A stretch of DNA of 61,518 nucleotides, filler included, from Sphacelaria rigidula (Eukaryota), in the NCBI GenBank assembly GCA_964200075.2. It is 11 parts of 11 records of this genome, joined end to end, with 100 filler letters (N's around TTAATTAATTAA, not from the genome) between each part and the next. Parts side by side here need not be neighbours in the genome. Positions count along the whole stretch, not along the records: positions 56,018 to 61,518 come from CAXNAA020026811.1; 10 more parts are not named here. One strand, given 5' to 3'. Below, piece after piece: positions 58,761 to 61,518 of the stretch. The position numbers and the translations under genes are program-made. The notes beneath the pieces were generated by a model. The model did no database searches. It saw only the letters and a list, made by a program, of their open reading frames with translations, and was not told the origin of the DNA. Every line of letters starts with the position of its first letter. The stretch's first letter is position 1.

Positions 58761-61518
58761 TCATGAGTCATCTGCCTCCCAAGCGGTGTCCGTGTTCCGT
58801 AGAACGGCTGTTTCGAGTTCGCCTTGGTCGTGTCGTTGGAGGCACCAGGATCCCCTCCGAGCGGTCGGCTCCTCGGTGTAGTATGCATCATCCAAGCGAA
58901 TCTTAAGGGGGCTCGGGTCATCAAGGAAACGGATAAAGTAGGAGTGGTCAGATGCAGGATCGACCAAATGATTTTTTCCCAACCACCACAGTGAATCCAA
59001 GGCCTTATACCAAAAATACGCCCCTTTCGGCAATCGTTTTCCGTGAAAGCACTGCATGTATTGTGAACGCGAAAGAAGGCTATATCCTGTCACAACAAAC
59101 CGCGCTGAGTGTTCACGTGCCAGTTCTCGAGCGGCAGCTCCCTTGCGCATCGACTGGCATCTCTTATTCAACGGGTGGTGTTGGACGTTATTTCCTACCC
59201 AGTACAGCAATATTTCCCGACGAAAATGACGCAAATCAACCTCACGCTCCCATGCAACACGCGTGATACCCTTCCAATGTGTTTGATTCATTACCGCTAT
59301 CTTACTTCCACGACCACGAACCAGTTGATGGCCCGAAATCCTATCTACCTCAACGCGTTCTAGGGGTGCGTCCGCATCCTCGACCGTCATATGATACGGC
59401 GGAGTTTTGATCGCATATTTGGTCAACACATACTGGCTAAGTCCTATCGGCAGGTGTTTGAGCATGTCAGAGGAGTCATGAGGGGGGATGCACGGTTTGT
59501 ATCGTAGCGTCGAGACGCGATTTTTCGGTTTCAAACCAGGTTCATCCGTGGGAAAATCTAAAATACAAAAGTTTCGCTCCCACCGGATTCTTGTCGGGTG
59601 CCGTAGCGCTTGGACTAACGGCTAAAAATTTCCCAAGGATCAGTCCAATTCAAGGATAGCTTCGCCTTCAACACTTTATCCGAAGATCATTTCGAGCTAG
59701 CCCCTTGATTGATGGTCTTCACATCGTTATACACCCATGCCCATTGGCCTACCTTCCACACCGGGCGGTTGTGCACTACATCATCCAACATCGAGTTCGC
59801 CCTGGCCACCTTGGCCAAATTGATTTGGTTCTGTTCTCGTACCACTTCATATGCGAGACGAAGACGATTGCTAACCGAAAAATGATACTCTGCAACATTA
59901 CGATCCAGACTCTGATGTCCACCTGTATTTTTGCGTTCGAACACCGTTAAAGGTAACCGAGGCATGCGTCCAATATGAATTTCATTCGGCGACAACCCCG
60001 TAGCGGCATTGACTGAATTGTTGTAGTTCATCTGAGCAAGAGGCAGGTGCAGATCCCAGTCCATCTGTCTCTCATTCGCTAAAGCAGCAAGCATCTGTGC
60101 CATCGTATGGTTCACTCGTTCCGTTCCACCATTGGTGGAAGGATGATATGAACTAGTAAAAATGTGATGGGCACCCAAAAGATCACTAGCGGTGGCAGAA
60201 AGTTTGCCTGAAAAATGCGGGCCGTTATCAGATAATAAGCGTTTGGGCACACTCCACCGTGGGATGTACATGTAGACAAGAATATTGGCGGTACCTTCCG
60301 CGGTATAACTACTGGGGGGGACGGCGTGCATCACCGCATGTCGACTAAATCAACCCGTAAACAACAAAATATACTTGTTTCCACTATCCGTCAGGGGCAA
60401 AGGACCAAAATAGTCCCACGACATTACTTCACTAGGCCCGTTTGGGAGTGGCATGGAAACAATTGGCCAACGAACTGTTTGACGAGAAGTTTTTCGCGCC
60501 TGACACAAAAGACAACGCCTCACCCACCAACGACAACACTGACCCATACAAATCCACCAATAAAAACGTTCCAACATCTGGGAGGTCCTAATGGCGCCTG
60601 AATGAGTCGATGCCTGTGAATGGCATTCGTGTAGAACCCATGGGCGCAGTAGCATCGGGACGTAGATGCGGACGGGTTCATCACCTAGCAAGCGGGCATA
60701 TCGACTTGTAGGCTTCCCCCTGGGGAGGGCTGCTGTGGGCCGGCGAACTAACAGAGTTTTACCATCATCATCCGTATGCAGCATACCTTTCCTTGAAAGT
60801 TCAGTAACTTCATCCTGTGTGGGCGCTTCGAGACTCCCGACTGGCAAAAGGAATTTAGTTTCTGAGAATGGACATGGACAACGTTTAGATAGATAATGGA
60901 TAGCTGATTTACAAGCAGGTTCTACCTGTTGTTCCCGGGCCCAACCGGCGTGGGAGAAAATAGTCAAACGTTCCTTGAAGACACCTACTGTTGAAGCGTC
61001 TACTTCGTGTTGGGTCGGTTCGGGGCGGGGTTGACACGAAGCGGTGATTTCGGAATCAAGGGTGAGCCTACCAGTTGGTGTACTCTCAGACGGAACGTTA
61101 ACGTCTACTCCTGCGTCGATTAGCGTGGAGAGTGTTGTGGTGGTATTTGCAATATCATCACCACTGGAGGGAGGCACAGCCGTGGTTTCGGCTATGGTTG
61201 GCAGGGGCGGCACGGTCGGGGTCGATTGTTTTGGGGACCTTGCGTCGCGGAGGCTGCGGGGGCGCAAGGAAACTATCGGGGACCGGGGTGGGGGCAGGGA
61301 GGAGAAGGTCAGGACCGGATACGGCTAATTTGGTGGCCGTTTCGGCGGTTCGACGTCCACGAGTCCTATTCGAAATCAAATCTCGAACTTAAACTGGTAA
61401 GACGGAGTCAGCAAAGGACGGTTCTACACCTGCTGCGAAAACCATGCGCTGGCCAGTTGCACGAAAATAATCATAGCCAACAGTATTCGTAGACAGTCCA
61501 TTCCAAACTGAGTACAAC
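58761..61518 (-). mobile_element. Ty3/gypsy pol 3' part: integrase with chromo-like and Tudor-like C-terminal domains, frameshifted
   Basis: HECHSQASTHSG..FYWWICM..VRRCLLCQARK, WDYFGPLP..GNKYILLF, LLSDNGPHF, SSYHPSTNGGTERVN, WDLHLP, KLSLNWT, EVDRISGHQLVRGRG..HWKG..WEREVDL, GAYFWYK..WWLGK..YFIRFLDDP. Confidence 0.93.

Overview
This is eukaryotic DNA, not prokaryotic. The repeat families, intron style and gene families point to a brown alga (Phaeophyceae); that assignment is my inference from remembered similarity, not a database result. The window joins 11 unrelated small contigs of 5502 or 5501 bp with artificial 100-bp linkers (44 N + TTAATTAATTAA + 44 N), so adjacency across linkers has no biological meaning. 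Host gene pieces are spliced exons of a CDPK-like EF-hand protein, a NAK-like kinase, a Cys-rich multi-pass membrane protein, mitochondrial processing peptidase alpha and a methionine aminopeptidase. Mobile DNA includes two decayed Ty3/gypsy integrases with C-terminal chromo-like plus Tudor-like domains, a Ty1/copia 5' half with LTR and PBS, RTE-like and other LINE remnants, an intron-rich Sola-like (DUF7869-type) DDD transposase, and many MITEs and foldbacks. The most interesting observation is in contig 10. An intronless LRR pseudogene array folds back on itself as a ~300-nt hairpin beside a second ~350-nt hairpin, apparently inside a host-gene intron. It is a candidate small-RNA locus aimed at LRR genes.
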